Assembly: GCA_046757165.1 (NCBI GenBank)
Contig: JBHHXT010000090.1
Span: 1 to 18,923, forward strand
DNA length: 18,923 nucleotides
Source: a bacterium
Lineage (GTDB): Bacteria > Zhuqueibacterota > Zhuqueibacteria > Oceanimicrobiales > Oceanimicrobiaceae
Direction: 5' to 3'
Positions 1 through 8,874 of this stretch are shown piece after piece. The notes under the pieces were generated by a model that saw nothing but the letters and a program-made list of their open reading frames with translations, had not been told where the DNA came from and did not search any database. The position numbers and the translations under genes were made by a program. Within the stretch, counting starts at the first letter, position 1. Every line of letters begins with the position of its first letter.

Positions 1-25
1 AGATTCAATTTATTGAAAGGTTATC

Positions 26-157
26 ATGTCCAAAAACTATTTCAAAAGAGCTATTCGCAACTTGATACGACTCAATATCTCAGGGCTGGCAGTCGGCATT
101 GCCTGCAGCATCCTGATTCTGTTGTACGTCCTGGATGAGTTGAGCTACGACCGTTAG
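26..157 (+). pseudogene. N-terminal relic of a MacB/FtsX-family ABC transporter permease (43 aa)
   Basis: Manual translation MSKNYFKRAIRNLIRLNISGLAVGIACSILILLYVLDELSYDR* matches the typical MxKNYxKxAxRNL...INIxGLAxGIAC.ILI.LYV.DELSYD start of long (~800 aa) permeases. A few residues after RNL appear deleted. GAAAGG lies upstream and TAG is at 155-157. Confidence 0.8.
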
Positions 158-170
158 GGCCAGCACGCAA

Positions 171-218
171 GGAGTGAAATGCTCTAGCATTTCATGCAAC
201 GCTAAAGCGTTGCACTCC
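171..218. repeat. GGAG-tagged REP-like palindrome doublet
   Basis: GGAG-TGAAATGCT-CT-AGCATTTCA-TGCAACGCT-AA-AGCGTTGCA-CTCC: two perfect 9-bp hairpins in inverted orientation, each 24 nt with an outer GGAG tag. Confidence 0.8.
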
Positions 219-419
219 TCTTTTATTCCGTTAAGTTATTGCATAATCAAGCGATTATGTGAATATTTGCTAATCTCGTGTGAATAATCCAGGCTAAAAG
301 AGTGCTGAGCGTTTGGCCTTTGAAACAAGAGTTTTTTTTCGTATTTTTCATCCGAAAAGTGGTGTCTGCTTCACAATGAGTTGACTTTCTTCATTTTCGT
401 TTTCGAAATTCAGGGTGAA

Positions 420-1271
420 ATGATAAACCTGTCGCGCCACCTTGCGCTGTACTTTCTCTCGTTGGCTTTCGGGTGGATCACCGCCTGCTCTAGATCGCCG
501 GTGAGTCCCGACGAGACCGGGCCACCATCTGTGCCTCCGGTTGTGTCGGACAGCGTGTCTTCCTATACCTATGAAATCGTCAATGCGTTTCCGCACGACA
601 TTCAGGCGTTCACCCAGGGGCTGGTGTTTGATGGGGGTGTTTTGTATGAAAGCACAGGACTGCGCGGGCGCTCGAGCCTGCGTCGGGTGGCGCTCGAGAC
701 GGGCGAGGTGGAAAAGCACCTCGCCCTGGACAGCCGCTTTTTTGGGGAGGGCCTCACCGTCCTGGACGGCAGGCTCATTCAATTGACCTGGACCTCCCAT
801 ATCGGTTTTGTGTACGACAAACAGAGCTTTGAGCGGCTGGCGGAGTTTTCCTATGCCACGGAGGGCTGGGGCTTGGCCTATGACGGCCGCCGTTTGATCA
901 TGAGTGACGGCACTGCCAATTTGTACTTCCTCGATCCGGAGACGTATGAACGGCTGGGACAGGTGGAGGTGGTTGACGAAAACGGACCTGTGATCCGGCT
1001 CAACGAGCTGGAGTACATCCAGGGCCGCGTCTTTGCCAACGTCTGGTTGACGGAGCGGATCGCCGTCATCGTGCCGGATAGCGGGCAAGTGGTGAGTTGG
1101 ATCGACCTTGCAGGCCTGCGGGAGCGGATCGGGCAAACGAGCTCTGTCGGTGTGCTCAACGGCATCGCGTTTGACCAGGAGCGCGGCCGACTGTTTGTGA
1201 CCGGGAAATTGTGGCCCACACTGTTCGAAATCCGGCTGCTGCCGGTGCAGGAGGCGGCTCAACCATTCTGA
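420..1271 (+). CDS. Glutaminyl-peptide cyclotransferase (type I, beta-propeller glutaminyl cyclase), predicted lipoprotein
   Basis: Motifs FTQGL, LYESTG, FGEG, QLTW, EGWG, SDGT, NELE and VLNGIA. ATG at 420 gives a signal peptide with lipobox ITAC followed by a Pro/Ser linker. Confidence 0.92.
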   Translation: MINLSRHLALYFLSLAFGWITACSRSPVSPDETGPPSVPPVVSDSVSSYTYEIVNAFPHDIQAFTQGLVFDGGVLYESTGLRGRSSLRRVALETGEVEKHLALDSRFFGEGLTVLDGRLIQLTWTSHIGFVYDKQSFERLAEFSYATEGWGLAYDGRRLIMSDGTANLYFLDPETYERLGQVEVVDENGPVIRLNELEYIQGRVFANVWLTERIAVIVPDSGQVVSWIDLAGLRERIGQTSSVGVLNGIAFDQERGRLFVTGKLWPTLFEIRLLPVQEAAQPF

Positions 1272-1322
1272 TTGCGGCTGGATGGAGACGCTTCCAGCCG
1301 GGCCTCTCTTGCCACAAATCAC

Positions 1323-1351
1323 TTGTTTATTTAGAGAGATTCGACTACTTT
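1323..1351 (+). promoter_or_regulatory. Putative sigma70 promoter for the deacetylase gene
   Basis: TTGTTT (1323-1328), 17-nt spacer, TACTTT (1346-1351), 15 nt upstream of ATG 1367. Confidence 0.4.
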
Positions 1352-1366
1352 AGCCGGCGAACGGGC

Positions 1367-2713
1367 ATGGAGAACAAAGTCAAGTACGTCTTATCACTGT
1401 TCAAAAAGATCTACGGTCTGCACGATTCGGAATGCCAGATCAACTACGGCATCGACCACGCCTCCAAGGTTCAAATCAAGCGCGGCCGAATCGATTTTTT
1501 CGGTCAGAAGGCCGGTCTGGACCTCTCCCGCATCATCTGGAAAGAGTGGCAGGGCGTGAAGCTCCCCTTTCTGTTGGACAATGAAGATGCCGAAGTGGTG
1601 ACCATTGAGGACGGCCGGGCGGTAATCAATTTTGACCTCATCGCCTCCAGCTTTTATTTCCTGAGTGGTTGGCAGGAATACACCTGTGAAAAGAAAGATC
1701 GCTACGGACGGTTTCCCTACGCAGAGAGCTTACAAAGCAAGCTGAACCTGGTTGAGCTGCCGCTGGTGAACTACTATTTTGACATCCTGAAGACAACCAT
1801 CGAGCGGGTGTATAAAAGAAGGCTGACCGTGCAGTTGTGGCAAGATTTTGATTTTGCCGTCTGTCTGACGCACGACATCGATAAATGTCAGAGCGGCTGG
1901 CGGGAAGGGGGCGGCAGCGAGCTGCGGCGAGGACGCCTCGCCTCCGCGCTCAGACTGCTTCTCCGGAAAGCACGGGGCCGGGATGTTTGGTTCAATTTTG
2001 ATGAGATTCTCGCCATTGAAAAGCAATACGGGGCCCGCTCTTCATTTTACTTTTTGTGCCGGGACTCCCGAAACGACGGCCCGCCCAATGCCGATTATGA
2101 CATCGGGGACGAGAGGTTCTCGCATGTCTACCGCGACATCCTGGCGCAAGGGTCTGAAATCGGTGTTCATGGCAGCTTCGGAACGCACGACAACTTGCAA
2201 AACTTCAAAGCGGACTTGCGCCGGCTGAATCACCAGGCAGTTGGCAACCGGTTTCATTTCCTGGAATTCGACATCAATGAGACGCCCCGGGTCTTGCAGA
2301 AGGCAGGGGTCAAGTACGACACAACGCTCGGTTTTCCTGAACACTATGGCTTTCGCAACGGCTTTTGTTTTCCGTTTTATCTGTATGACTTGCAGCACGA
2401 CAGAGCGTTGCCGGTGGTGGAAATCCCCTTGATCCTGATGGATACTACCTTGCAGAGCGACGCCTACATGGAGATGCACCCGCAGCAGGCCATGGCGAAC
2501 GTCGAAGGTGTCTTGAGCGAGGTGAAGAGATTTGGCGGCTGTTTGACCCTGCTGTGGCACAACACCCATTTTTCAGATTACAAGTTTCAGGGTTGGCGCG
2601 AGGTCTTCGTTGATCTGCTCGAGTATTGCCGCAATGAAAATGGCTTCTTTGCCAATGGAAAGCAAATTTTTGAGATCTTTTCCGGAGCGGGAAGCGGCAC
2701 AGGTGAGACGTGA
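1367..2713 (+). CDS. Polysaccharide deacetylase family protein (CE4/NodB-like domain with N-terminal extension)
   Basis: LTHDID, SSFYF, EIGVHGS, GNRFHFL, YDTTLGF..HYGFRNG, EIPLILMD and LLWHN motifs, plus an N-terminal D.IASSFYFLSGWQEY...DRYGRF segment typical of glycan-cluster members. Start moved to ATG 1367. Confidence 0.85.
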   Translation: MENKVKYVLSLFKKIYGLHDSECQINYGIDHASKVQIKRGRIDFFGQKAGLDLSRIIWKEWQGVKLPFLLDNEDAEVVTIEDGRAVINFDLIASSFYFLSGWQEYTCEKKDRYGRFPYAESLQSKLNLVELPLVNYYFDILKTTIERVYKRRLTVQLWQDFDFAVCLTHDIDKCQSGWREGGGSELRRGRLASALRLLLRKARGRDVWFNFDEILAIEKQYGARSSFYFLCRDSRNDGPPNADYDIGDERFSHVYRDILAQGSEIGVHGSFGTHDNLQNFKADLRRLNHQAVGNRFHFLEFDINETPRVLQKAGVKYDTTLGFPEHYGFRNGFCFPFYLYDLQHDRALPVVEIPLILMDTTLQSDAYMEMHPQQAMANVEGVLSEVKRFGGCLTLLWHNTHFSDYKFQGWREVFVDLLEYCRNENGFFANGKQIFEIFSGAGSGTGET

Positions 2714-2781
2714 AGGGTGAGGGACAGATGAAATCAAATAAGTGGGAATAGACAGATGGTTCAGAACGAGAAGCCTGCTTT

Positions 2782-3507
2782 ATGACTGCACTCATCAGGA
2801 TAGGGCGCCGCGTCAAATCCTTGTTTTTTAAACTGAAGCTGCACGTGGTGCTGGAGCCTCTTGTCGAGGTTCTGATCAAGCTCGCCTACCTCTCAAAACT
2901 ATCAAGGTGGTGCAGCCAGCACACGAATCTCCCATTCCAGGACTCCGCCAATCCGAAGTTCAATTATGCGAAACGATATGAACTGTACGAGTTTGTCCTG
3001 GAATCGGAGAATCTCGGTGCGACCATCGACTATCTGGAATTCGGCGTCGGTACGGGAAAGTCGTTCAAATGGTGGCTGGAACACAACACGCACCCGGATT
3101 CAAGGTTTGTCGGCTTTGACACCTTTATCGGTCTTCCGGAAGGGTGGGGCAGTTTGAAACAAGGCACTTTTTCCACTGATGGCGAGGTGCCGGCAACCAA
3201 CGACAGCCGGGCGATGTTCAAAGCCGGGTTGTTTCAGGAGACACTGAGACCGTTTCTAAGAGAGTTTGGTGCACAGAAGCGAAAGGTCATTCATCTGGAT
3301 GCCGACCTGTACTCGTCGACTTTGTTTGTCTTGACCAGCCTGGCTCATTTGTTGCAGGAAGGCGACATTCTGCTGTTCGATGAGTTTGGCGTCCCCACCC
3401 ATGAATTCAAGGCTTTCACCGAATTCGTGACTTCGTATGGAGTACAATATGAAGTGCTTGGGGCAGTGAACAACTATTTGCAGGTGGCGATAAAGGTCAG
3501 AGGTTGA
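2782..3507 (+). CDS. TylF/MycF/NovP-like class I SAM-dependent O-methyltransferase
   Basis: YLEFGVGTGKS, GFDTFIGLPE, GLFQETL, IHLDADLYSST and LLFDEF motifs. Confidence 0.85.
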   Translation: MTALIRIGRRVKSLFFKLKLHVVLEPLVEVLIKLAYLSKLSRWCSQHTNLPFQDSANPKFNYAKRYELYEFVLESENLGATIDYLEFGVGTGKSFKWWLEHNTHPDSRFVGFDTFIGLPEGWGSLKQGTFSTDGEVPATNDSRAMFKAGLFQETLRPFLREFGAQKRKVIHLDADLYSSTLFVLTSLAHLLQEGDILLFDEFGVPTHEFKAFTEFVTSYGVQYEVLGAVNNYLQVAIKVRG

Positions 3508-3508
3508 T

Positions 3509-3550
3509 GTAGCGCGGTCTTGTGGACTGCAGGCAGGATGCCTGCGTTAC
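3509..3550. repeat. GTAG-type REP doublet
   Basis: GTAGCGCGGTCTTGTGGACTGC (3509-3530) overlaps an inverted unit GCAGGCAGGATGCCTGCGTTAC (3529-3550; reverse complement GTAACGCAGGCATCCTGCCTGC). Each is a 22-nt tagged hairpin, starting just after the stop codon. Confidence 0.7.
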
Positions 3551-3643
3551 TTCCCGCGATTGTTAAAGATTCTGAGAAATCCTTGATAAATTCCGACATT
3601 TTTGCTTAATTGCGGTATTTGGACAGTTTAATGTGAAGACACC

Positions 3644-5224
3644 ATGGCAGAGAAAGTAAAGCTAGCGCACCTCGGGGGCGGCTACTGGGGCAAAAACATT
3701 GTCCGCAATCTCCATGATCTCAAAGTTCTGACGGTCATCTGTGACACCAACCTGCACTCTCTGCAGAGCTACCGGCAGGAATATCCGGACGTACAATGTG
3801 TTGAGAACTTCAATGATGTTCTTCTCGATGAGTCCATTGCTGCGGTCACCATCGCGACGCCGGCGGCAACGCATTTTGCGATGGTGCGCCAGGCGCTGGA
3901 GGCGGGCAAGGATGTTTTTGTCGAAAAGCCGCTGTCGCTCAGCCCGGAACAGGGAGTGGAGCTGGCGGAGCTGGCGCGCACACAGGACAAGATCCTGATG
4001 GTCGGCCACATTCTTCGCTATCATCCGGCAATCGAAAAAATCAAAAAACTCATCGACGACGGGGCGCTGGGCAGGGTGCGGTTCTGCTCCTCGAATCGCC
4101 TCAATCTGGGAAAAGTGCGGACCGAGGAAAATATTTTGTGGAGTTTTGCGCCGCATGACATTTCGGTGCTGATTCATCTCATGGGCGGCCCGCCGGATGA
4201 GGTGACCTCTTCCGGCGAGATCATCTTGCAGCCAGGCATCCACGACGTCACGTCGACGGTCATGCGGTGGCGCAACGGGACGATGGCGACCATCAACGTA
4301 AGTTGGCTGCATCCGTACAAAGAGCACAAGCTCGTCATCGTTGGCGACAAAGCGATGCTGGTCTTTGATGACACCAAGGAGAGAGACAAACTCGCACTCT
4401 ACGACCGCGGCATCGATTTTATCAGGGGCCAGCCCGTGAAGCGGGAAGACGGCATTCAGGTCATCGACTACCAGCATAAGGAGCCGCTGCGCGCCGAGAT
4501 GGAACACTTTCTGAGCTGTATGGCCACCCGGCAGCGACCCCGTACCGACGCCGCGGAAGCCATAGAGGTTCTCAGGGTTCTCCATTCCGCTCAAAAATCA
4601 CTTGAACACGGAGGCCAGAAATCTCCTGCCAGCGAGACTCGGGACTACTTCGTTCACCCCACCGCGGTGGTCGATTCGGGGGCGCAGATCGGAGCGGGCA
4701 CCAAAATCTGGCACTTTTCGCACGTCATGCCGAAGTCCAGGATCGGGCGGAAGTGCACTCTGGGGCAGAATGTTCATGTGGCGCCGAATGTGGTCGTTGG
4801 CGATCATGTCAAGATTCAAAACAACGTTTCGCTTTACGAGGGCGTGGTTCTCGAAGACAACTGTTTCTGCGGGCCATCGATGGTGTTCACCAACGTCAAG
4901 ACGCCGCGCTCCGCCTTTCCACGCAACACGGCGGAGGACTATCTGACCACACACGTCAAGCAGGGGGCGTCGCTGGGCGCGAACTGTACCATCATCTGCG
5001 GGGTGACCATCGGAGAGAATGCGTTTGTTGCCGCGGGCGCCGTTGTCACGAAGGACGTCAGGCCCTTTGCGCTCATGGCTGGTGTGCCGGCCAGGCAGAT
5101 CGGATGGATGTGTGTTTGTGGCATCCGCCTGCCGCAAGCCAAAGATGGCGACCAGGGCCTCACCTGCTCGGATTGTGGCCAGACGTATCTCTTCCGGGAG
5201 AATGGTCAGCTTGAACCCGCTTAG
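3644..5224 (+). CDS. Fused Gfo/Idh/MocA NAD-dependent sugar 3-dehydrogenase (WbpB/WlbA-like) and hexapeptide N-acetyltransferase (WbpD/WlbB-like)
   Basis: The N-terminal ~320 aa carry GGGYWG, VFVEKP, MVGH and SFAPHD. The C-terminal ~190 aa carry [48 protein letters not shown] and CxCG...CxxCG. Confidence 0.9.
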   Translation: MAEKVKLAHLGGGYWGKNIVRNLHDLKVLTVICDTNLHSLQSYRQEYPDVQCVENFNDVLLDESIAAVTIATPAATHFAMVRQALEAGKDVFVEKPLSLSPEQGVELAELARTQDKILMVGHILRYHPAIEKIKKLIDDGALGRVRFCSSNRLNLGKVRTEENILWSFAPHDISVLIHLMGGPPDEVTSSGEIILQPGIHDVTSTVMRWRNGTMATINVSWLHPYKEHKLVIVGDKAMLVFDDTKERDKLALYDRGIDFIRGQPVKREDGIQVIDYQHKEPLRAEMEHFLSCMATRQRPRTDAAEAIEVLRVLHSAQKSLEHGGQKSPASETRDYFVHPTAVVDSGAQIGAGTKIWHFSHVMPKSRIGRKCTLGQNVHVAPNVVVGDHVKIQNNVSLYEGVVLEDNCFCGPSMVFTNVKTPRSAFPRNTAEDYLTTHVKQGASLGANCTIICGVTIGENAFVAAGAVVTKDVRPFALMAGVPARQIGWMCVCGIRLPQAKDGDQGLTCSDCGQTYLFRENGQLEPA

Positions 5225-5292
5225 CCCCGCCGGCGAACTAGCTAGCCCACCCAGGCCGGACAAGCCGCGCAGAAGGCGCGGGATTACTGCCG

Positions 5293-5327
5293 GAAACTCG
5301 AAAACCGAATCTCAAAATTCGAAAGCG
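5293..5327 (+). repeat. Degenerate 7-nt tandem repeat (5 units)
   Basis: GAAACTC GAAAACC GAATCTC AAAATTC GAAAGCG. Confidence 0.55.
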
Positions 5328-5406
5328 CGTCACAGAAAGCCTTGATGGCAGATTGTGACTCATCGGTAAGGATGGTCCTTTTGTCTGGAAAGCATGAACC
5401 ACGAAG

Positions 5407-5549
5407 GTAACTATTCATCCCAAGAGCCGGAGTGCAAAAATCAGTTCCGCCAGGAACGTATTTTTGCAACATATCCGGCCAGTGATGCTGCAAAAATACG
5501 TTCACTACGTTCACTGATTTTTGCACTCCAATCATTCCTGAATAGTTAC
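5407..5549. mobile_element. 143-bp MITE-like palindromic element
   Basis: Perfect terminal IR GTAACTATTCA/TGAATAGTTAC. Internal perfect IRs of 17 bp (5429-5445/5513-5529) and 15 bp (5454-5468/5489-5503). Flanked by CCACGAAG/CCAGGAAG. Confidence 0.75.
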
Positions 5550-5578
5550 CCAGGAAGAACACGAAGAAAAAGCGAAAA

Positions 5579-6922
5579 TTGAAAAAAGTCTTGTTCATCA
5601 CCTACTATTTCCCGCCCTCTGGTGGGCCGGGCGTGCAGAGAGTGCTCCGCTTTCTCAGCGCCTTGCCAAAGCTGGGCTGGCAGCCGGTGGTGCTGACGGT
5701 AAAAGAGGGCGATTATCCTGTCCGCGATGCGTCTCTTCTCGCCAAAGTCCCGCCGGGGGTTCGCGTGCAGCGGACCTTCATCCCGGAGCCGTATCGCCTC
5801 TACCGCAAGTTCACCAAACGCAAGGAGGGGGAGGCGCTCGACCTTGCTGCGCTTGCTTTGGGAGAAAACGAGACTCTCTCTCTAAGAGAGCGGCTCGCGT
5901 TGTTGCTGCGCGACTGGCTTTTCATCCCGGACCCGCGGACTGGCTGGCTGCCCTTTGCTGTGCCTGCCGGCTTGAAGCTCATTCGTGAAGAGAAGATCGA
6001 TCTGATTTTTTCTTCAGCGCCGCCGAATACCGTGCATCTGGTGGCCTGTTGGTTGAAGAGGTTGAGCGGCAAGAAATGGGTGGCAGATTTTCGCGACCCC
6101 TGGTTCAAATACCTGGCGCCGAAGAGGCGCAGCGCAGTTCCCCGCAAAATAGATGAAGCCTTGAGTCGCGGAGTGGTCAAACACGCGGACTACTTGGTCT
6201 GGGTGTGTGAAGGCGTCAGAAAGGAGATGGCGCGTACAACTGGCGAAAATCTTCCTGAAAAAGAGACGATCATTACCAACGGCTACGATAGATCAGATTT
6301 CGAGAATCTACCGGCTAAACGCGATAGCAAGTTTACGGTCACCTACGTGGGCTCACTTTTTGTGCGCTACGACCTGACTGCCTTCATCCAGGCGCTTGCG
6401 GTTCTTGTGCAGGAGCACAAGAATTTTCAGCAAGACTTCAGGCTGGTGTTTTGTGGCGTTGTGGATGAAGGGGTCAAAGAAAAACTGCTGGCTTCAAATT
6501 TCGGCAGCAACATTGACTTTCTCGGCTACCAGGACCACAGAACGACGCTGACGAAGATGGTCTCATCTGCACTGTTGCTGCTCTACATCATCGATTCATT
6601 TGAAGGCAAAAACATTCCGACCAGCAAGCTGTTTGAATATCTCGGCGCCCAGCGGCCTATTCTGGCCCTGGCGCCGCGGGATAGCGATGCCGCCAGAATC
6701 CTGAGCAAAACCAGGGCAGGGAGCATCGTGCCGCCCAACGATAGTGGCCGCATCCAGGCGGCCGTTCTCGAATGGTACCAGGAATGGCAGAAGAACGGGC
6801 TCCGCAGTTCAGGGTCAGACCTGAGCGAGGTGGAGAAGTTTGAAGTTACGCATCTGACCGCAGAGCTGACCCGGGTCTGGGAAAGCGTGTTGCCGCATGC
6901 AACGAACAAAACTCGAACGTGA
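5579..6922 (+). CDS. Glycosyltransferase family 4 (GT-B)
   Basis: MKKVLFITYYFPPSGGPGVQR, FIPDPR.GW, SSAPP, WVADFRDPW, ITNGYD and IPTSKLFEYL motifs. TTG start. Confidence 0.9.
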   Translation: MKKVLFITYYFPPSGGPGVQRVLRFLSALPKLGWQPVVLTVKEGDYPVRDASLLAKVPPGVRVQRTFIPEPYRLYRKFTKRKEGEALDLAALALGENETLSLRERLALLLRDWLFIPDPRTGWLPFAVPAGLKLIREEKIDLIFSSAPPNTVHLVACWLKRLSGKKWVADFRDPWFKYLAPKRRSAVPRKIDEALSRGVVKHADYLVWVCEGVRKEMARTTGENLPEKETIITNGYDRSDFENLPAKRDSKFTVTYVGSLFVRYDLTAFIQALAVLVQEHKNFQQDFRLVFCGVVDEGVKEKLLASNFGSNIDFLGYQDHRTTLTKMVSSALLLLYIIDSFEGKNIPTSKLFEYLGAQRPILALAPRDSDAARILSKTRAGSIVPPNDSGRIQAAVLEWYQEWQKNGLRSSGSDLSEVEKFEVTHLTAELTRVWESVLPHATNKTRT

Positions 6923-8402
6923 TCGACTGATTCGCAGCGTGGCCAAGGGTGCCGGCGTGGTCTTTGTTGGCACCATGGCAGCGCGCGTCCTGGGGTATTT
7001 GATACGGGCGGTGATCGCACGGGGCTACGGGCAGGAGATGTACGGTTACATTTCCACCAGCCTGGCCATTTTTACCGTGATCACGACTCTGGCCCTGTTC
7101 GGCGTGTCCAATTCGCTGCCCCGCCAGATTTCTCTCCATGTCGCGCGCGAGCAATGGCAGCGGGTGAGCAGCAGCATCGCGGTAGCGTTTCTTCTGATAC
7201 TTGGGATCGGTACCCTCCTTTCGGCCATGTTGTTTTTCGCCACCCCCGAGATCGCGCTCTCCGTTTATGACAACCCAAGCCTGACGTCGTTCTTTTATGC
7301 CTTTGCGCTCGGCATTCCGTTCTATTTGATTCTCCGCCTGGCTGCTGCCGTGTTCCGCGGCTTTCAGCGAATGACCACGTTTGTCTTCTTTCGCCATGTG
7401 CTCCGGCAGGGACTCATTTTTCTGCTGGTGCTCGTGTTCTACTTTTTGCACCTGCCTGAGCAGCATCTCGGCCTGGTCTACTTTGTCGCCTTTCTTCTGT
7501 GCGGTCTGTCTGCACTCGTCTTCACCCTGAAAACCGTGCCCCTGAGCCGGCGATCGGTGCAGCTGGATTTGAGCGAGGCCAGAACCCTGTTTCAATTCTC
7601 ATGGCCGCTGATGATGTCCAGCGTCGTCATGATGCTGCTGCACTACACCGACACGCTCATGATCGGCTATTATCTGAAGCAGGCGCAAGTGGGGCTCTAC
7701 AATGCCGGCGTGCCGATTTCTGAGCTGCTGGCGGTCGTCTACGATTCCTTTGTGCCGTTGCTCGTCCCCATCATGACCACCTACTACGCCCGGCAGGCGC
7801 AGTCATCCTTGCGCGATACCTACCTGATTTCCTGCAAGTGGATCTATCTGGTGACTTTTCCACTCTATCTGCTGGTTCTGATTCATCCGCAGTTCTTTAT
7901 CTCATTGCTGTTTGGCAGCGACTATCTTGCGGCGGACCATGTCGTGCGTGTGCTGGCGACAGGCATCTTCTTCGCGTCAATGGTAGGGCCGACCGGAAAT
8001 CTGCTCATCGTCATCGGCAAGCCGCGGCTGATGTTCTTTGACACCGCGGTTGCCTATGTGGTCAATGTGGTGCTCAATATCCTCCTGATTCCCAGATTTG
8101 GTCTCATCGGCGCGGCGGCTGCCACTGCATCATCTCTGATCCTGTACAACGTCCTGACGCTCTGTCAGGTCTATGTCTATCAGCGGCTGGCGCCGCCCGG
8201 CAAGATCTACTTGCTCATCACGCTTGCTGGCGGCGTGCCGGGCATGCTGCTCTGGAAACTCGGGGAGGCGCATAGCGGGCTCGGCGTCGCCGGCCTTTGC
8301 TTGCTGTTCCTGGCGATATATGCCGGGGCAAACATCCTTCTGCGCACCCTCAACGAGGACGACAGGATGATTCTTAATGAAGTGAAGAAGCGATTGAGCT
8401 GA
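6897..8402 (+). CDS. wzx: Polysaccharide flippase (Wzx, MOP superfamily)
   Basis: ~500 aa with ~12-14 hydrophobic segments and FRGFQR, YTDTLMIGY..VGLYN and LNILLIPRFGLIGAAAAT motifs. Overlaps the GT4 gene by 26 nt. Confidence 0.88.
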   Translation: MQRTKLERDRLIRSVAKGAGVVFVGTMAARVLGYLIRAVIARGYGQEMYGYISTSLAIFTVITTLALFGVSNSLPRQISLHVAREQWQRVSSSIAVAFLLILGIGTLLSAMLFFATPEIALSVYDNPSLTSFFYAFALGIPFYLILRLAAAVFRGFQRMTTFVFFRHVLRQGLIFLLVLVFYFLHLPEQHLGLVYFVAFLLCGLSALVFTLKTVPLSRRSVQLDLSEARTLFQFSWPLMMSSVVMMLLHYTDTLMIGYYLKQAQVGLYNAGVPISELLAVVYDSFVPLLVPIMTTYYARQAQSSLRDTYLISCKWIYLVTFPLYLLVLIHPQFFISLLFGSDYLAADHVVRVLATGIFFASMVGPTGNLLIVIGKPRLMFFDTAVAYVVNVVLNILLIPRFGLIGAAAATASSLILYNVLTLCQVYVYQRLAPPGKIYLLITLAGGVPGMLLWKLGEAHSGLGVAGLCLLFLAIYAGANILLRTLNEDDRMILNEVKKRLS

Positions 8403-8427
8403 ATGGGATGGTCGACCAACCCGGTCC

Positions 8428-8448
8428 AACACAGTCTCTGACTGTGTT
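8428..8448. repeat. Short palindrome (REP-like hairpin or possible terminator) after wzx
   Basis: AACACAGTC-TCT-GACTGTGTT: a perfect 9-bp stem ending in a short T run. Confidence 0.5.
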
Positions 8449-8484
8449 TTGGTGTCTTGGCCGGCACAGATGGAATCATACTTA

Positions 8485-8874
8485 ATGGAAGAACATATTG
8501 TCTCAAAAGAGCGCGTAACAAATCATGGTGAGGTCTATACCCGCAAGCGGGAAGTCAACGCCATGCTCGATCTGGTTAAACAGGAAACGGAACGCATTGA
8601 ATCCCGTTTTTTGGAGCCGGCTTGTGGTACCGGCAATTTCCTGGCCGAGGTACTCGAACGAAAATTGAACGTTGTTGAACGGCGGTACAAGAAGAGCCAG
8701 TTGGAATTCGAGCGCTATGCCGTGCTTGCTGTTTCCAGCATTTATGGTATCGACATTCTGGAGGATAATGCGGAGGCCTGCCGCAATCGGCTTTTCAACA
8801 TATTTGACCAGAAAAATACCGCGCTATTCAATGCTATAGCAAAAGAGAAATGCCGGAATGCCGTCAAAAAGTGA
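8485..8874 (+). pseudogene. Truncated N6-adenine DNA methyltransferase (restriction-modification M-subunit fragment)
   Basis: SKERV..HGEVYT..REVNAMLDLV, SAM motif I FLEPACGTGNFL and IYGIDILEDN. Ends after 129 aa with no NPPY-type motif and no partner R-M gene. Confidence 0.75.

Noticed and set aside
1275..1300. Hairpin CGGCTGGA-N10-TCCAGCCG after the cyclase as a terminator
   Set aside because: It has no U tract and a large loop, so its function cannot be supported.
348..1322. 324-aa antisense ORF and other long shadow ORFs (e.g. 3662-4594, 6846-7595, 9933-10661, 15651-16358)
   Set aside because: They lie antisense to well-supported genes, have no family motifs, and are expected at this GC and codon bias.
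1211..1366. Long N-terminal extension of the deacetylase ORF
   Set aside because: It overlaps the cyclase gene and a promoter-like stretch. Family-like sequence begins at ATG 1367.
3583..3612. Sigma70 promoter before the WbpB-WbpD fusion (TTGATA...TTAATT)
   Set aside because: The -10 match is too weak to call, although the AT-rich region may hold a promoter.
5394..5582. 62-aa ORF on + (and 5284-5601 on -)
   Set aside because: Both run through the palindromic element, have no recognisable motifs, and are best explained as by-products of the repeat.
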